Source: a virus (taxonomy: Duplodnaviria; Caudoviricetes). From it: 64,000 nucleotides of DNA. This document shows positions 10,873 through 19,805 of this stretch, piece after piece; within the stretch, counting starts at the first letter, position 1; every line of letters begins with the position of its first letter. Both the position numbers and the translations under genes were made by a program. Below the pieces are notes generated by a model, which had not been told where the DNA came from, searched no databases, and saw only the letters and a program-made list of their open reading frames with translations. The stretch spans positions 32,001 through 96,000 of IMG/VR virus record IMGVR_UViG_3300021426_000070; one strand, 5' to 3'.

Positions 10873-10923
10873 ATAAAGGGCAGTAACATGTACCGCCCTT
10901 GTTTAGTGCCTTAATCAGTATTA

Positions 10924-13248
10924 TCAATAAACGCCCAACTCTTGCTTAGTAACCTTCTTCTTCACCAATGGATGCCCTAAGATGTTATGTAAAAAATAAT
11001 ACCGTACACCATCGAGTATGTGATTGTCGTGGTCTTCGGGTACGTTTGTGTAGTTACCGAACTTATCCTTTGCATAGACATAGTTTCGCAACTCATCTTG
11101 TGTATTCAAGGAACGCTTAGTTACATAAATCTCATAGTCAAGCATCTTTGACAAACCAGCCTCAATAGAGCCAGCACCTTTAGCCACGGGGTATATGATA
11201 ATACCGCCTAACGCTATCTCATCTACCAATCGTGGGTCTGCGCTCTCGGAATATACAAAACCATCATCACCTCTGTCCGCCTCTTGTCTAAGCTCACGGA
11301 TAATATCGCCACTTGTCATAGCATTTCGGTAACAGAGCTCGTCAATATACAAGCGGTTATCTATAACACCACACCTTGCGATAGCCGTAACGTCATTTGA
11401 ATATCCAAAGTCGATACATCTTCCTATCTTCTTTGCATAGCTCGGGAACTCATCAACGATACCCCATTTCTTGAACACAGCACCCTCAGCGACATCTGCC
11501 CACTGCCCCATGACGATATGCGCATACCTCTGAGGGTTCTTGACCTTCATATCAAGCACCTCTTTCAAGAACTGCTCGGAAAGGTTATTGATATTATCAA
11601 GGTATGTAGTATGGATATGTAGTACGTTCGGGTGTGTGCTTATCTGTACGGGTACGCCATCGAAATACTCTATCTTATGCGTGTCCTTGATAAACCGCTT
11701 ATACACCCAATGGTTAGAGTCGCATGGGTTCATGATGATGATTACCCTATTCTGCAGTCCTTTGACACGAATAGAGAGCATAATCTTCTCAAACTCTTCT
11801 TCCGACACCCATTCCTCAGCCTCATCGACAACAAACGTTGTGACACCTTGGATAGATTTAAGCTTTGCCGTCTGATTACCGCTTGAAGTGTGTATGCCTC
11901 GGAACATCACACGTGCCTTGGTCATATTGTTCACCACATCGGTCTTGGTCTTTGAGAAATACTCTTCTGTATTATCGACCTCCACCTTCTCCCAAAACTC
12001 GGGAATAACGGAGATAGCTGCCGACACCATGGTAAAACGGGTATATAGTATCTGATGGGCTAATTTCTTCTCGGGGTTATACTCAAAGGTGAGGCGTTCT
12101 ATAAAACGGGAAGTGTTGTACGACTTCCCACTGTTGTGACTAACAGTTCCATCTGCGTGTAAATAGCGTTGATTTCCATCCAAATGAATACCACACCATT
12201 CACCATTACCAACAGATTCAATAGTTAGCTTAGAAACCAACCAATCTGCTCTCTTATGTGGATATACTTTCTTACGTGCTATCTTACACGGAATACGCCA
12301 AACATCACCATTAATAGACAACCGATATACTATACCACAATCCTTTTCATATATCTTTGCTCTTCTTGTTCTTAAAGAAGTCCTAAAACCTAATGTATCA
12401 GCTATCAGCTTTATTTGTCTTGCAATAATCTCTTTCTTCTGTGTTATCTCATAACCATTACGAGACATATTGCCATCTGTATCAAGCAAACCAGCCAATA
12501 GCTCGAGTCGTACCTCTTCACTATTAGCTATATACTCTTGCGGAATATGCTTGTTACCTACAAGATTATAGAAACGCAACTTTTCCATAAAAGGATTATC
12601 GTGACACCCTTTTTTCTTTAAACGTAATGTTTCTGCCTTACCACGTTTACCATTCAATGACAACACCATTCCGTTTCTATCTACATACTCTTGCAGATAA
12701 TCCTTTATCTCTTTGTCGGGTGTTGTTATCTGAGGATATACCGAAGTACCGTCACCTAGCCAAACACCGAGCATATAGGGGTCAATCTTTACGGGCTGTT
12801 CTTTGTAAGGAATAGAGTTTGCCTTATAACCATACCAACGTTCTCTAAAATTCTTACTCTGTTTTAAGAACTCTTGAATATTGATATCTATCTTATCTTC
12901 TTTATTTGGATAGCGACCTTCGGAATATATGCCTCTGCCCTTTCTTATGCTTAATATGTGCCCATCGTTTACATAGTAGTCCTCAGCGTTCGTCTGATGT
13001 ACTCTATACATTTCACTATACCCGTGATAGGTTTTAAGCACGTTCCTTGGTGTGCCGTCATCACCCATCACCTTGTCACCAACCTTGATATCCTTAATCT
13101 GTTTAATGGTCATATCTGCCATTATCACCTCTTGGTCGGGTCGCTCACAGCCTCGTCCCCCCGTTACAAGAATGATGAATTTCTCCTTATCGTTATATAG
13201 CGGATAATATACGCTCTGTGTCTTACTCATACTCTTCTCCCGTTTCAA
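10924..13248 (-). CDS. terL: terminase large subunit (PBSX-like) containing an intein
   Basis: Walker A GGRG/SGKS split by an intein; Walker B FVVDEAEE; nuclease motifs DFGYSND and DHILDGVRY. Confidence 0.93.
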   Translation of the reverse strand: MKREKSMSKTQSVYYPLYNDKEKFIILVTGGRGCERPDQEVIMADMTIKQIKDIKVGDKVMGDDGTPRNVLKTYHGYSEMYRVHQTNAEDYYVNDGHILSIRKGRGIYSEGRYPNKEDKIDINIQEFLKQSKNFRERWYGYKANSIPYKEQPVKIDPYMLGVWLGDGTSVYPQITTPDKEIKDYLQEYVDRNGMVLSLNGKRGKAETLRLKKKGCHDNPFMEKLRFYNLVGNKHIPQEYIANSEEVRLELLAGLLDTDGNMSRNGYEITQKKEIIARQIKLIADTLGFRTSLRTRRAKIYEKDCGIVYRLSINGDVWRIPCKIARKKVYPHKRADWLVSKLTIESVGNGEWCGIHLDGNQRYLHADGTVSHNSGKSYNTSRFIERLTFEYNPEKKLAHQILYTRFTMVSAAISVIPEFWEKVEVDNTEEYFSKTKTDVVNNMTKARVMFRGIHTSSGNQTAKLKSIQGVTTFVVDEAEEWVSEEEFEKIMLSIRVKGLQNRVIIIMNPCDSNHWVYKRFIKDTHKIEYFDGVPVQISTHPNVLHIHTTYLDNINNLSEQFLKEVLDMKVKNPQRYAHIVMGQWADVAEGAVFKKWGIVDEFPSYAKKIGRCIDFGYSNDVTAIARCGVIDNRLYIDELCYRNAMTSGDIIRELRQEADRGDDGFVYSESADPRLVDEIALGGIIIYPVAKGAGSIEAGLSKMLDYEIYVTKRSLNTQDELRNYVYAKDKFGNYTNVPEDHDNHILDGVRYYFLHNILGHPLVKKKVTKQELGVY
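12133..13149 (-). mobile_element. intein (339 aa) with LAGLIDADG homing endonuclease
   Basis: Starts at Cys (CERPDQEV), ends VSHN followed by Ser; LGVWLGDG and LAGLLDTDG motifs. Confidence 0.92.
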
Positions 13249-13594
13249 TCACATAACCTTGCTTATGGCACTGAGGGCACTCTATATCCCTCAGCTTACA
13301 CCCGATAGGTCGGACGGCTAGCCACCTCTTCAAACAAGATAGGCAGACAACCTCACTGACCTTATGCGGGATATTCTCGTTTATATCCACGATATTGCTC
13401 ATAACTCATCTTCAGTATAGCAATCAATTTGGATAACGTTCTTTCTTCTCTTTGGATAAGCCACAAATTCGAAACGTTCCATTCTCTCCGTGTGCCCGTC
13501 CTTATAGTGGGCTACGATAACCTTTGTGTCGCCGCTGATACTCATCCATCCCTTTTCTTTCGGGTCTATCTTATAACTCTTCATATCTCACGTT

Positions 13595-13990
13595 TTACTT
13601 TTTACCTTTCTGTACCTTATAAAGACAATCGAACACCCAACTTTGGTAATAGGCATAACATTCGCTGTTGTAACTCCTTTCCGTCTCACCTATATCCTCA
13701 AAGAGCCAATCAGCGCAATGGGATGCCTCATGACTGAGCGACTTCAATTGCGTGTCTTTCCTTATAAGGACTAGACACCCCTTGATGTTCTGTGCTTTGT
13801 TGCCTACAATAAAAGTCTTTGCATCTACGCCGACATCCAATAGTGTATTGTTCTCCTTGAACGACATACCTATGTTATCATCATATATCGCCTCAAAAGC
13901 ATTATCTATCTCATCTATGGTAATGCCATCTAATGCCACCCATACCTTTGTAGGAAAGATGATAGGGTCGAACTCATATATCTTACTCAT
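13595..13990 (-). CDS. hypothetical protein with HExxH (metallopeptidase-like) motif
   Basis: SHEASH...SECYAY. Confidence 0.55.
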   Translation of the reverse strand: MSKIYEFDPIIFPTKVWVALDGITIDEIDNAFEAIYDDNIGMSFKENNTLLDVGVDAKTFIVGNKAQNIKGCLVLIRKDTQLKSLSHEASHCADWLFEDIGETERSYNSECYAYYQSWVFDCLYKVQKGKK

Positions 13991-14556
13991 TGCCCGCCCT
14001 CTTCTTTCTCTAACTCGTTCTCTCTCTCAAGCCATGCAGATATGCTTACGCCATTCTTGACCTTTATCTGCACGTCACTATCCTCTATGCCCCTTTGGAT
14101 ATTCCTAAACTGAGGGTCATGGTGGTAAAGGAAGTTAGCAAGTGCTTGCATGTTTGGTGCTGTCTCTTGCTCTGACTCGGTGATATCCTCTATGCGGTTA
14201 TTCTTGTCAGCAACGCCATTGACAACATTGTACCTCATACGTACAACCTTGCCTTTCACCTTAATGCCTCCGAGGGCTGCTTTGAGGTATCTACCCCTTA
14301 CAATTCCTAGTACTCGAGAACGTCCGTGTGCTAACTCTTCGGAGATACGAGCACCCCTTTTTGCGTTCTCTTCATCATTCCATCCTTTGTATTTACCCGC
14401 TTTCATTTCTGAAAATGTAGTGGGCGTTAATCCCGCAACCCCTAGACTATCACCTAGAGCATATGCAATTTCCCCATCTTGGAGACCTTGCATAGCGAGG
14501 GCATATATCTCTTTGTAGAAGTCCTCGCTATCATAGTCGAACTTTGGTTTTGCCAT
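13987..14556 (-). CDS. terS: terminase small subunit
   Basis: HTH-like N-terminus (QDGEIAYAL); APNMQAL..FL motif; lies upstream of terL. Confidence 0.7.
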   Translation of the reverse strand: MAKPKFDYDSEDFYKEIYALAMQGLQDGEIAYALGDSLGVAGLTPTTFSEMKAGKYKGWNDEENAKRGARISEELAHGRSRVLGIVRGRYLKAALGGIKVKGKVVRMRYNVVNGVADKNNRIEDITESEQETAPNMQALANFLYHHDPQFRNIQRGIEDSDVQIKVKNGVSISAWLERENELEKEEGGQ

Positions 14557-14702
14557 CTTGTTTGTATTTTACTTGAATTATATATTGTTTGTAATATCTT
14601 TTCTTTTCTCTTTTTATTCGTTTGACATCATTTTGTAATGTTTTCTCGGGTGTTTGTAAAGTTGCTTTACTTTTCAGAAAAATCCATGTAAAGATATTTC
14701 TT

Positions 14703-15044
14703 TTATCCCGAGATAGCTGCTTTTGCAGCGGTATTGGGTGTGTACGTCTGTGATTGTCGTGCAGCCACCTCATAGTTTACGGTGTTTCCTATTACCTTGG
14801 TGAGTACTGCACCACTATCATTAGTAAGGGCTTCATTGGGTCTAATGCTGTCTGCCCTACCTACTGCCCTTAGATAGTTAGCCTCTATGGTTCTGATACG
14901 CTGCTGCCTTTGTCTGTTGCCTCTTGCAGCCGCTACTAACCGCCTTGCAGTCTCCCTTATATTCTCAGCAGTTCTATACGTGCTGTTGTTGCCATCAAGT
15001 GGGCTTGTGCTATTGTAAAATGATGGATTCTTTAATCTTTTGAC
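14703..15044 (-). CDS. GTC-start Arg-rich protein B (113 aa, VKRLKNP...AAISG)
   Basis: No Met anywhere; in-frame TAG 5 codons upstream of GTC; AGGAGG 8 nt upstream. Confidence 0.78.
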   Translation of the reverse strand, partial: VKRLKNPSFYNSTSPLDGNNSTYRTAENIRETARRLVAAARGNRQRQQRIRTIEANYLRAVGRADSIRPNEALTNDSGAVLTKVIGNTVNYEVAARQSQTYTPNTAAKAAISG

Positions 15045-15060
15045 TCTGCTTCCCTCCTAT

Positions 15061-15309
15061 TTATCCGTTACTACTACCTTTTGCAGCTAGTGGTGCGTAC
15101 TTGTCACCGATACGAGCACCATAAGATACCTTGATGTTTGCCCTACGAGACCAATCCACGCTCTGCAAGCGGTCGTTGATATTGTTTCTATACTCTTGTG
15201 CGATACGTGAGATACTTGCTAGACGTGTGCCCCTAGCTGTATTCGACATACGGGCTGCTTGCTCGTTGATATCGCCTATAGACTTTGCCATTGGTTCTCT
15301 CCGTCTGAC
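15061..15309 (-). CDS. GTC-start Arg-rich protein C (82 aa, VRRREPMAKS...KGSSNG)
   Basis: AGGAGG 7 nt before the in-frame GTC AGA; alternative ATG at 15291. Confidence 0.7.
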   Translation of the reverse strand, partial: VRRREPMAKSIGDINEQAARMSNTARGTRLASISRIAQEYRNNINDRLQSVDWSRRANIKVSYGARIGDKYAPLAAKGSSNG

Positions 15310-15320
15310 TCTGTACCCTC

Positions 15321-15521
15321 CTATCCGTTTGAATTTGATAAGGCATTGAGCATATTCGCTCTTGCTCTGCCTATTCTGTTATAGTTATCTTGCCCATACT
15401 GCCTTAGTAATGCATTCGCACGGCGATTAATGGCTCGTCCTACCATGGCTCTTCTTGCATATTGCCCCAAACCTCTTACATCACTAGTACGATATTCCAA
15501 TGTTCTCTTACTTGCTCTGAC
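15321..15521 (-). CDS. GTC-start Arg-rich protein D (66 aa, VRASKR...SNSNG)
   Basis: AGGAGG-AAGC-TGA-GTC-AGA: in-frame TGA immediately before GTC. Confidence 0.72.
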   Translation of the reverse strand, partial: VRASKRTLEYRTSDVRGLGQYARRAMVGRAINRRANALLRQYGQDNYNRIGRARANMLNALSNSNG

Positions 15522-15532
15522 TCAGCTTCCTC

Positions 15533-15664
15533 CTATCTGTTAGATAATCCCATTTGACATACTCTAATTAAAGATTGTTGGATGATAACGCAACTGTCCG
15601 TTAGCGAAATGCTTCTTGGTCTTACCATTGCTCTCCAATTCGACAATGCCCTACCGAAATACAT
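15533..15664 (-). pseudogene. degenerate family member (43 aa, ends MGLSNR)
   Basis: C-terminus resembles the MGLSNG motif but lacks the terminal Gly. Confidence 0.35.
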
Positions 15665-15666
15665 TT

Positions 15667-15924
15667 TTAACCATTACTCAATCCCATATACGAGCTACGT
15701 GCAAACTGCAGTCTGTTGGCTCTGCCCATATTGCGCATATACTCATCTGTGTTGTCCTCAGCCGACACGTTGCCACGAGCCGCCTTATAGCTTGATTTGT
15801 TACGTATGTTGCTTACGTACCTCATAGCTGCTTGGAAAGCTCTATCCAAACGTTCCCCGTCTGTCCTAGCCGCTATGCGGTTGTACTGACGTGTTATATC
15901 ACTTACTGACTTTGTTCTTCTGAC
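15667..15924 (-). CDS. GTC-start Arg-rich protein F (85 aa, VRRTKSVSDI...YMGLSNG)
   Basis: TAG-TGT-CGG-GTC-AGA; conserved KS..DI..Q N-terminus lies upstream of the TTG used by the ORF track. Confidence 0.75.
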   Translation of the reverse strand, partial: VRRTKSVSDITRQYNRIAARTDGERLDRAFQAAMRYVSNIRNKSSYKAARGNVSAEDNTDEYMRNMGRANRLQFARSSYMGLSNG

Positions 15925-15930
15925 CCGACA

Positions 15931-16176
15931 CTAACCATTACTCATACCCATATAGGTACTACGTGAATACTTTCTGTTGTCTATCTCATTAATATTACCA
16001 TTGCCACGAAGTGCATTTCTGTATGCGCTCGAATAGCTTGGTGTGTTCTGAATGTTATTCAGATACCTAAGAAACGTTCTTCCTATGCGGTCTTGTCTCT
16101 GAGGATTACCCTCTGAGCGTTCCCACAAAGCTTGCGCTTGGTCAAGTATATCATTCTTACTCTTATTTCTTCTGAC
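15931..16176 (-). CDS. GTC-start Arg-rich protein G (81 aa, VRRNKSKNDI...YMGMSNG)
   Basis: TAA-AGC-CGA-GTC-AGA; paralogous to F and H. Confidence 0.75.
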   Translation of the reverse strand, partial: VRRNKSKNDILDQAQALWERSEGNPQRQDRIGRTFLRYLNNIQNTPSYSSAYRNALRGNGNINEIDNRKYSRSTYMGMSNG

Positions 16177-16182
16177 TCGGCT

Positions 16183-16395
16183 TTATCCGTTTGTAAGACC
16201 CATATAGGTAGAGCGTGAATACTTTCTGTTGTAAGCACCCTCACCGCCTTTTCGAAAGCTGCGTTGGCGCATAATCCTATCGGTGTATCTGTCAGCCGCT
16301 ATGTTAGCCGCTGCCACCCTAGAAGCCGTTGCTCGTGGATTGTTCTCTATCCTATCGGCTTGCTCTAAGATTTCTCCAAAACTCTTCCCTCTGAC
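16183..16395 (-). CDS. GTC-start Arg-rich protein H (70 aa, VRGKSFGEI...YMGLTNG)
   Basis: No ATG/GTG/TTG between the upstream in-frame TGA and GTC; shares NRKYSRSTYMG with G. Confidence 0.75.
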   Translation of the reverse strand, partial: VRGKSFGEILEQADRIENNPRATASRVAAANIAADRYTDRIMRQRSFRKGGEGAYNRKYSRSTYMGLTNG

Positions 16396-16484
16396 TCTTC
16401 TGTTACTTTTAATTGTTATTATACATCAAATGCTACGGCAGACACTCTAACGAGGGAAAGCCATAGCATATATTCCGTGTCGGG

Positions 16485-17015
16485 TTATCCCGCTGACAAG
16501 CCCATTGAATACGTGCCGTCTGCGTTCTGTCTGATGACATTGCCACCGCTACCCTCAAGACGACCTTCAACAACACGTGCCATGCCGTTATCAAGCCATG
16601 CTTGGATTACCCTAGGCGAAATGTTGTTCATACCCGTGCGAACATCATAGTCACGCTGACGGCGGTTAGAAAGCGACTTACGACCACTCTGTGACACAAG
16701 ATTTCCATCCATATCACGATTGGTAAACGTCCATGTGCTACCGCCAGCCCTACGACCATCTGCAGACATCTTACCAGACCTTGTGCGGGTGATGGTCTGA
16801 ATCTGCTGACCGCTGTTCCACGCTTGCTGCTGACCTTGCAACTCTGAAAGCTGATAGCCTCGAGAATTAACCAAAGGCTGTGCAGTACGTGCTCCACCAG
16901 TATAAGCGGAGTTTGCACCACGTCCATCAATACCCGCATTGATTCGGGCACGCTGCTGAGATACCGTATTGGTATTCGGATTGGTGCGATTTCGTTCTGT
17001 TCTTTTTCTTGGCAT
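16485..17015 (-). CDS. Arg-rich protein I, ATG start, ends MGLSAG
   Basis: Same C-terminal motif as the GTC-start family. Confidence 0.75.
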   Translation of the reverse strand: MPRKRTERNRTNPNTNTVSQQRARINAGIDGRGANSAYTGGARTAQPLVNSRGYQLSELQGQQQAWNSGQQIQTITRTRSGKMSADGRRAGGSTWTFTNRDMDGNLVSQSGRKSLSNRRQRDYDVRTGMNNISPRVIQAWLDNGMARVVEGRLEGSGGNVIRQNADGTYSMGLSAG

Positions 17016-17041
17016 AGTTCTTCTATATTAATTATTAAACA

Positions 17042-17413
17042 TTATCCTACCGCATTACCCATCTTTGCAGAATTGGACGAATTAGCTGATGAGCCACGAT
17101 AGACTTCCCTTCCTAGCTCTGCATAGCGTTCACGATTGTAATCACGGATAAAGCGTCCGTGCGTTGCATTTGCTGCATTGGGGTTAGCTGCCGCACGTCT
17201 CTCTATCTCTCTCTGTATGTTGTCGATATAACGCTGACCGATGGCACTAAGCCGCTCTCTGTTCCTATACCACGTGTCCGTACCATAGGTGCTGCCCTCG
17301 ATACGGGCTAACTGAGCCCTTACAGACTCGATAGAGCGACCTCTTCGGGTGCTACGCCTAGTATTGGCGTTCACCCTCGCATTGCCTAAGTATGATAAAT
17401 TACCTTTTCTGAC
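17042..17413 (-). CDS. GTC-start Arg-rich protein J (123 aa, VRKGNLSY...MGNAVG)
   Basis: The promoter box at 17434-17443 lies inside the ORF-track N-terminal extension; the first motif after it is AAAGGA-TTGCAGA-GTC-AGA. Confidence 0.7.
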   Translation of the reverse strand, partial: VRKGNLSYLGNARVNANTRRSTRRGRSIESVRAQLARIEGSTYGTDTWYRNRERLSAIGQRYIDNIQREIERRAAANPNAANATHGRFIRDYNRERYAELGREVYRGSSANSSNSAKMGNAVG

Positions 17414-17433
17414 TCTGCAATCCTTTCTTTTGT

Positions 17434-17443
17434 TGCAAAGATA
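17434..17443 (-). promoter_or_regulatory. Bacteroidota -7 promoter box driving the GTC-gene array
   Basis: TATCTTTGCA. Confidence 0.65.
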
Positions 17444-17706
17444 GGTATAATTCCGTATATAAGGAAAGTATTTCCATAATGAAAACGCACACTTTACAAA
17501 TAGTGCCAAATGACATCATTAGAGCATACTCATTTAGCATTTTTCTCCTTATCTTTGCATTGGTAATTTTTCGGTTCAACAAATCTTTTTTCTGTATAGG
17601 GGGTTGTCCGTGAGGATAGCCCCTTATCGTATGCAAAAAAAGTGAGCCTACTTTCACAAGCAAGCCCACAATAAGACAATAATAAATAAATAACGTGTAT
17701 AATTTT

Positions 17707-18540
17707 CTAGTCAATAAATTCTATCCTCTGTGAGAACTCTTCACCCTTGATAAAACGCATATCATCGGGATAGCCCGCACGTGCCATAAACTCTTGCTTC
17801 GACTTGAAGTCATCGAAAGAAAGCATGATGTACGCCTCTTGGTTCATGGCGTTCTCGATGGCTTGGGTCTTAACTTGCTCCTTGACATCTTTCATGTGCT
17901 GCTTCTTCTCTTCGTAGCTCTTCTGCTCATTCTTCTCTATCTGAGCGTCCTGCATGGCATTGGCTTGCACTTGTGCCGCCTTGATAGCCTCACGCTGCTC
18001 ACGCTGACGTTCTAAGTCCCGTTGGTGCTCTTCGTTGACTTGCGCCATCATATCGTCCAACTCTGAGGACAGCTTGTTCTCTTCCTCGGTCTGAAAAAAA
18101 TAGTCAGTGCCAATCATGGATAGGTCAACTTCTGTAAGCCCCGCTTTCTTGTAATCCATGAATGGGATAATCTCAGCCAACTTCTGATAGTCAAACTTAC
18201 CGCCTATCTGCGGGTTGTTCAGTGCCGTCAGCACCTCGAGCTCTTCCTTTTCATCGACATCAATAACCTCACAACGGAGCATATAATCCGTCTCGGGTTT
18301 CTCGGGTTCATACTTCTGCTGCTCATCGAGCAACGCCACCTTCTGATTACCGCCCACTAGAACATAGTCGTTACGCTTATTAACAATGATACCGCCTAAG
18401 ATACCAAAGTTCTTCATAGACCGCCTTAACGCCTTTCTACCCTCATCGTCAATGGTACGTGGGTTACGTGGGTGAAAATGTATCTGTGAGCGTTTGAGCT
18501 CTTGTATCTCACTATTTGCAAAAAACTTACTTAACTCCAT
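17707..18540 (-). CDS. ParB/Srx-like N-terminal domain protein
   Basis: HPRNPRTI...L..SMKNFG..GGIIVN....LVGGNQ motif; likely start MELSK. Confidence 0.8.
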   Translation of the reverse strand: MELSKFFANSEIQELKRSQIHFHPRNPRTIDDEGRKALRRSMKNFGILGGIIVNKRNDYVLVGGNQKVALLDEQQKYEPEKPETDYMLRCEVIDVDEKEELEVLTALNNPQIGGKFDYQKLAEIIPFMDYKKAGLTEVDLSMIGTDYFFQTEEENKLSSELDDMMAQVNEEHQRDLERQREQREAIKAAQVQANAMQDAQIEKNEQKSYEEKKQHMKDVKEQVKTQAIENAMNQEAYIMLSFDDFKSKQEFMARAGYPDDMRFIKGEEFSQRIEFID

Positions 18541-18643
18541 AATCTTATTTTTCTGCAAAGATAAACAGAAAATGTTTATTCAGCGCATTATTTGTACCAC
18601 AATAGCATACTCTTTTGAAAGTGTATCAAATCAATTTGTATGT

Positions 18644-18781
18644 GCGTTACTACTTATGCCGAAAAACGTTACTACTTGCGTTACTACTTATGCAATCATG
18701 CCACAAATAAGAGAAAAACACACTATTTGATAACACAAGCGTTACTACTTATGCCCCATGGCGTTACTACTTGCGTTACTA
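18644..18781. repeat. six (G)CGTTACTA(CTT) direct repeats
   Basis: Copies at about 18645, 18667, 18679, 18740, 18762 and 18774. Confidence 0.8.
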
Positions 18782-19034
18782 AAAAAAGAGAACGAGCGCA
18801 ATTTTGCGCCCGTCCACGAAATGCAAATTATCAAAAATAGCGTCTAACCCTTCTTGTCTGTCTTGAGGCTCTTTGTCTCATCCATTATCTGCTCTGCGGT
18901 TATGTAAGTCTCACCGCCACAGATTTGCTCATAATCTTTCTTACTCATAGCTGTATATTTTAAAAGTTATGCAAAGATAATCATTTATATTTATATAAAC
19001 AAGCTTTTTGCTAATTATTTCACCGCCTTTAACT

Positions 19035-19700
19035 TTATTTAATCTTTCTACGGGTAAAAGTCATGCCATTATCCTTTGCGAACTTCTTGATGACAGAGAA
19101 TTGTATGCCTACATTGGCTCTGTCGCTTATCTCTTGCGCCCTCTGCCTTGTCAAATTTCCTTGTCTCTTTGCATTTGCAGCCGTACTAAACGCATAAGCG
19201 TTCATTCTGCTCGAATAGGTCGCATCAAGCATATTGAGCTCAGAGAATATCTTCTGCTTGTCCCCCCAACCGCCTTTCGGTCTGCGGATAGAGTATGTAT
19301 AGGTCGGTGTTACGGCTCTCACTTCTTTTTGGTCGTACTTCACAGCGTTCCTAATATCTTGTGGTGAGAATGGTACGCCTATTCTACCCGCCATCGTGCC
19401 ATGGAGTCCAGAATTTGCACCCTCTGTCGGATGGTTGTGTGTAAGGATAGCGTCCTTTGTCTTAGCCAAATCACGAATTAAGAACTTAGCACTACTAGCA
19501 TTTCCGCTTACCGACTCTGCGATAATCTCACCATTAGACCCCACAACATACCCTTTTTCAGTCTTGCGGTTGCGTATCTTAGCCTCTAGTTGGCTCACCT
19601 TGAAAGCCTCTTGTCTGTTCATGCCGCTTTCGGTATCGTGAAGATAGCTTCTATCTGTCTTACGTGCCGCCCTTCCTATCGTCTGTATTCCTTCACCCAT
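19035..19700 (-). CDS. JAB/MPN-like (THNHP...FSPQDI) phage head-associated protein
   Basis: E...HNHP...S..D motif; basic protein. Confidence 0.55.
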   Translation of the reverse strand: MGEGIQTIGRAARKTDRSYLHDTESGMNRQEAFKVSQLEAKIRNRKTEKGYVVGSNGEIIAESVSGNASSAKFLIRDLAKTKDAILTHNHPTEGANSGLHGTMAGRIGVPFSPQDIRNAVKYDQKEVRAVTPTYTYSIRRPKGGWGDKQKIFSELNMLDATYSSRMNAYAFSTAANAKRQGNLTRQRAQEISDRANVGIQFSVIKKFAKDNGMTFTRRKIK

Positions 19701-19805
19701 ATCTTAACCAATACTTTTAAATTAAACTTTTTGCAAAGATAAACAAAAATCCCCCGTAATCCACATGGAAACGAGGGATAATCCGTTACATAACAAAAAG
19801 TGTGT

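Noticed and set aside
13255-13395. Possible ribozyme or structured leader upstream of terL
   Set aside because: Some hairpins are present (CTGAGGG/CCCTCAG), but I could not match the catalytic core of any known ribozyme by eye.
14171-14181. CCGAGTCAGAG motif inside terS
   Set aside because: It lies within terS in another frame and opens only a 13-codon frame; probably chance.
15667-16395. H, G and F are in one frame, separated by a stop plus two codons, suggesting a read-through polyprotein
   Set aside because: The stops differ (TAA, TAG), other family junctions are out of frame (5, 11 and 16 nt spacers), and H itself has no canonical start; independent GTC starts explain all cases.
17414-17509. 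ORF-track N-terminal extension (MALFVKC...) of the 17042-17509 ORF
   Set aside because: It spans the promoter box and has non-family composition; the family-type sequence starts at GTC 17413.
18644-18781. Possible CRISPR array
   Set aside because: The repeats are only ~11-17 nt with irregular spacing, and no cas genes are present.
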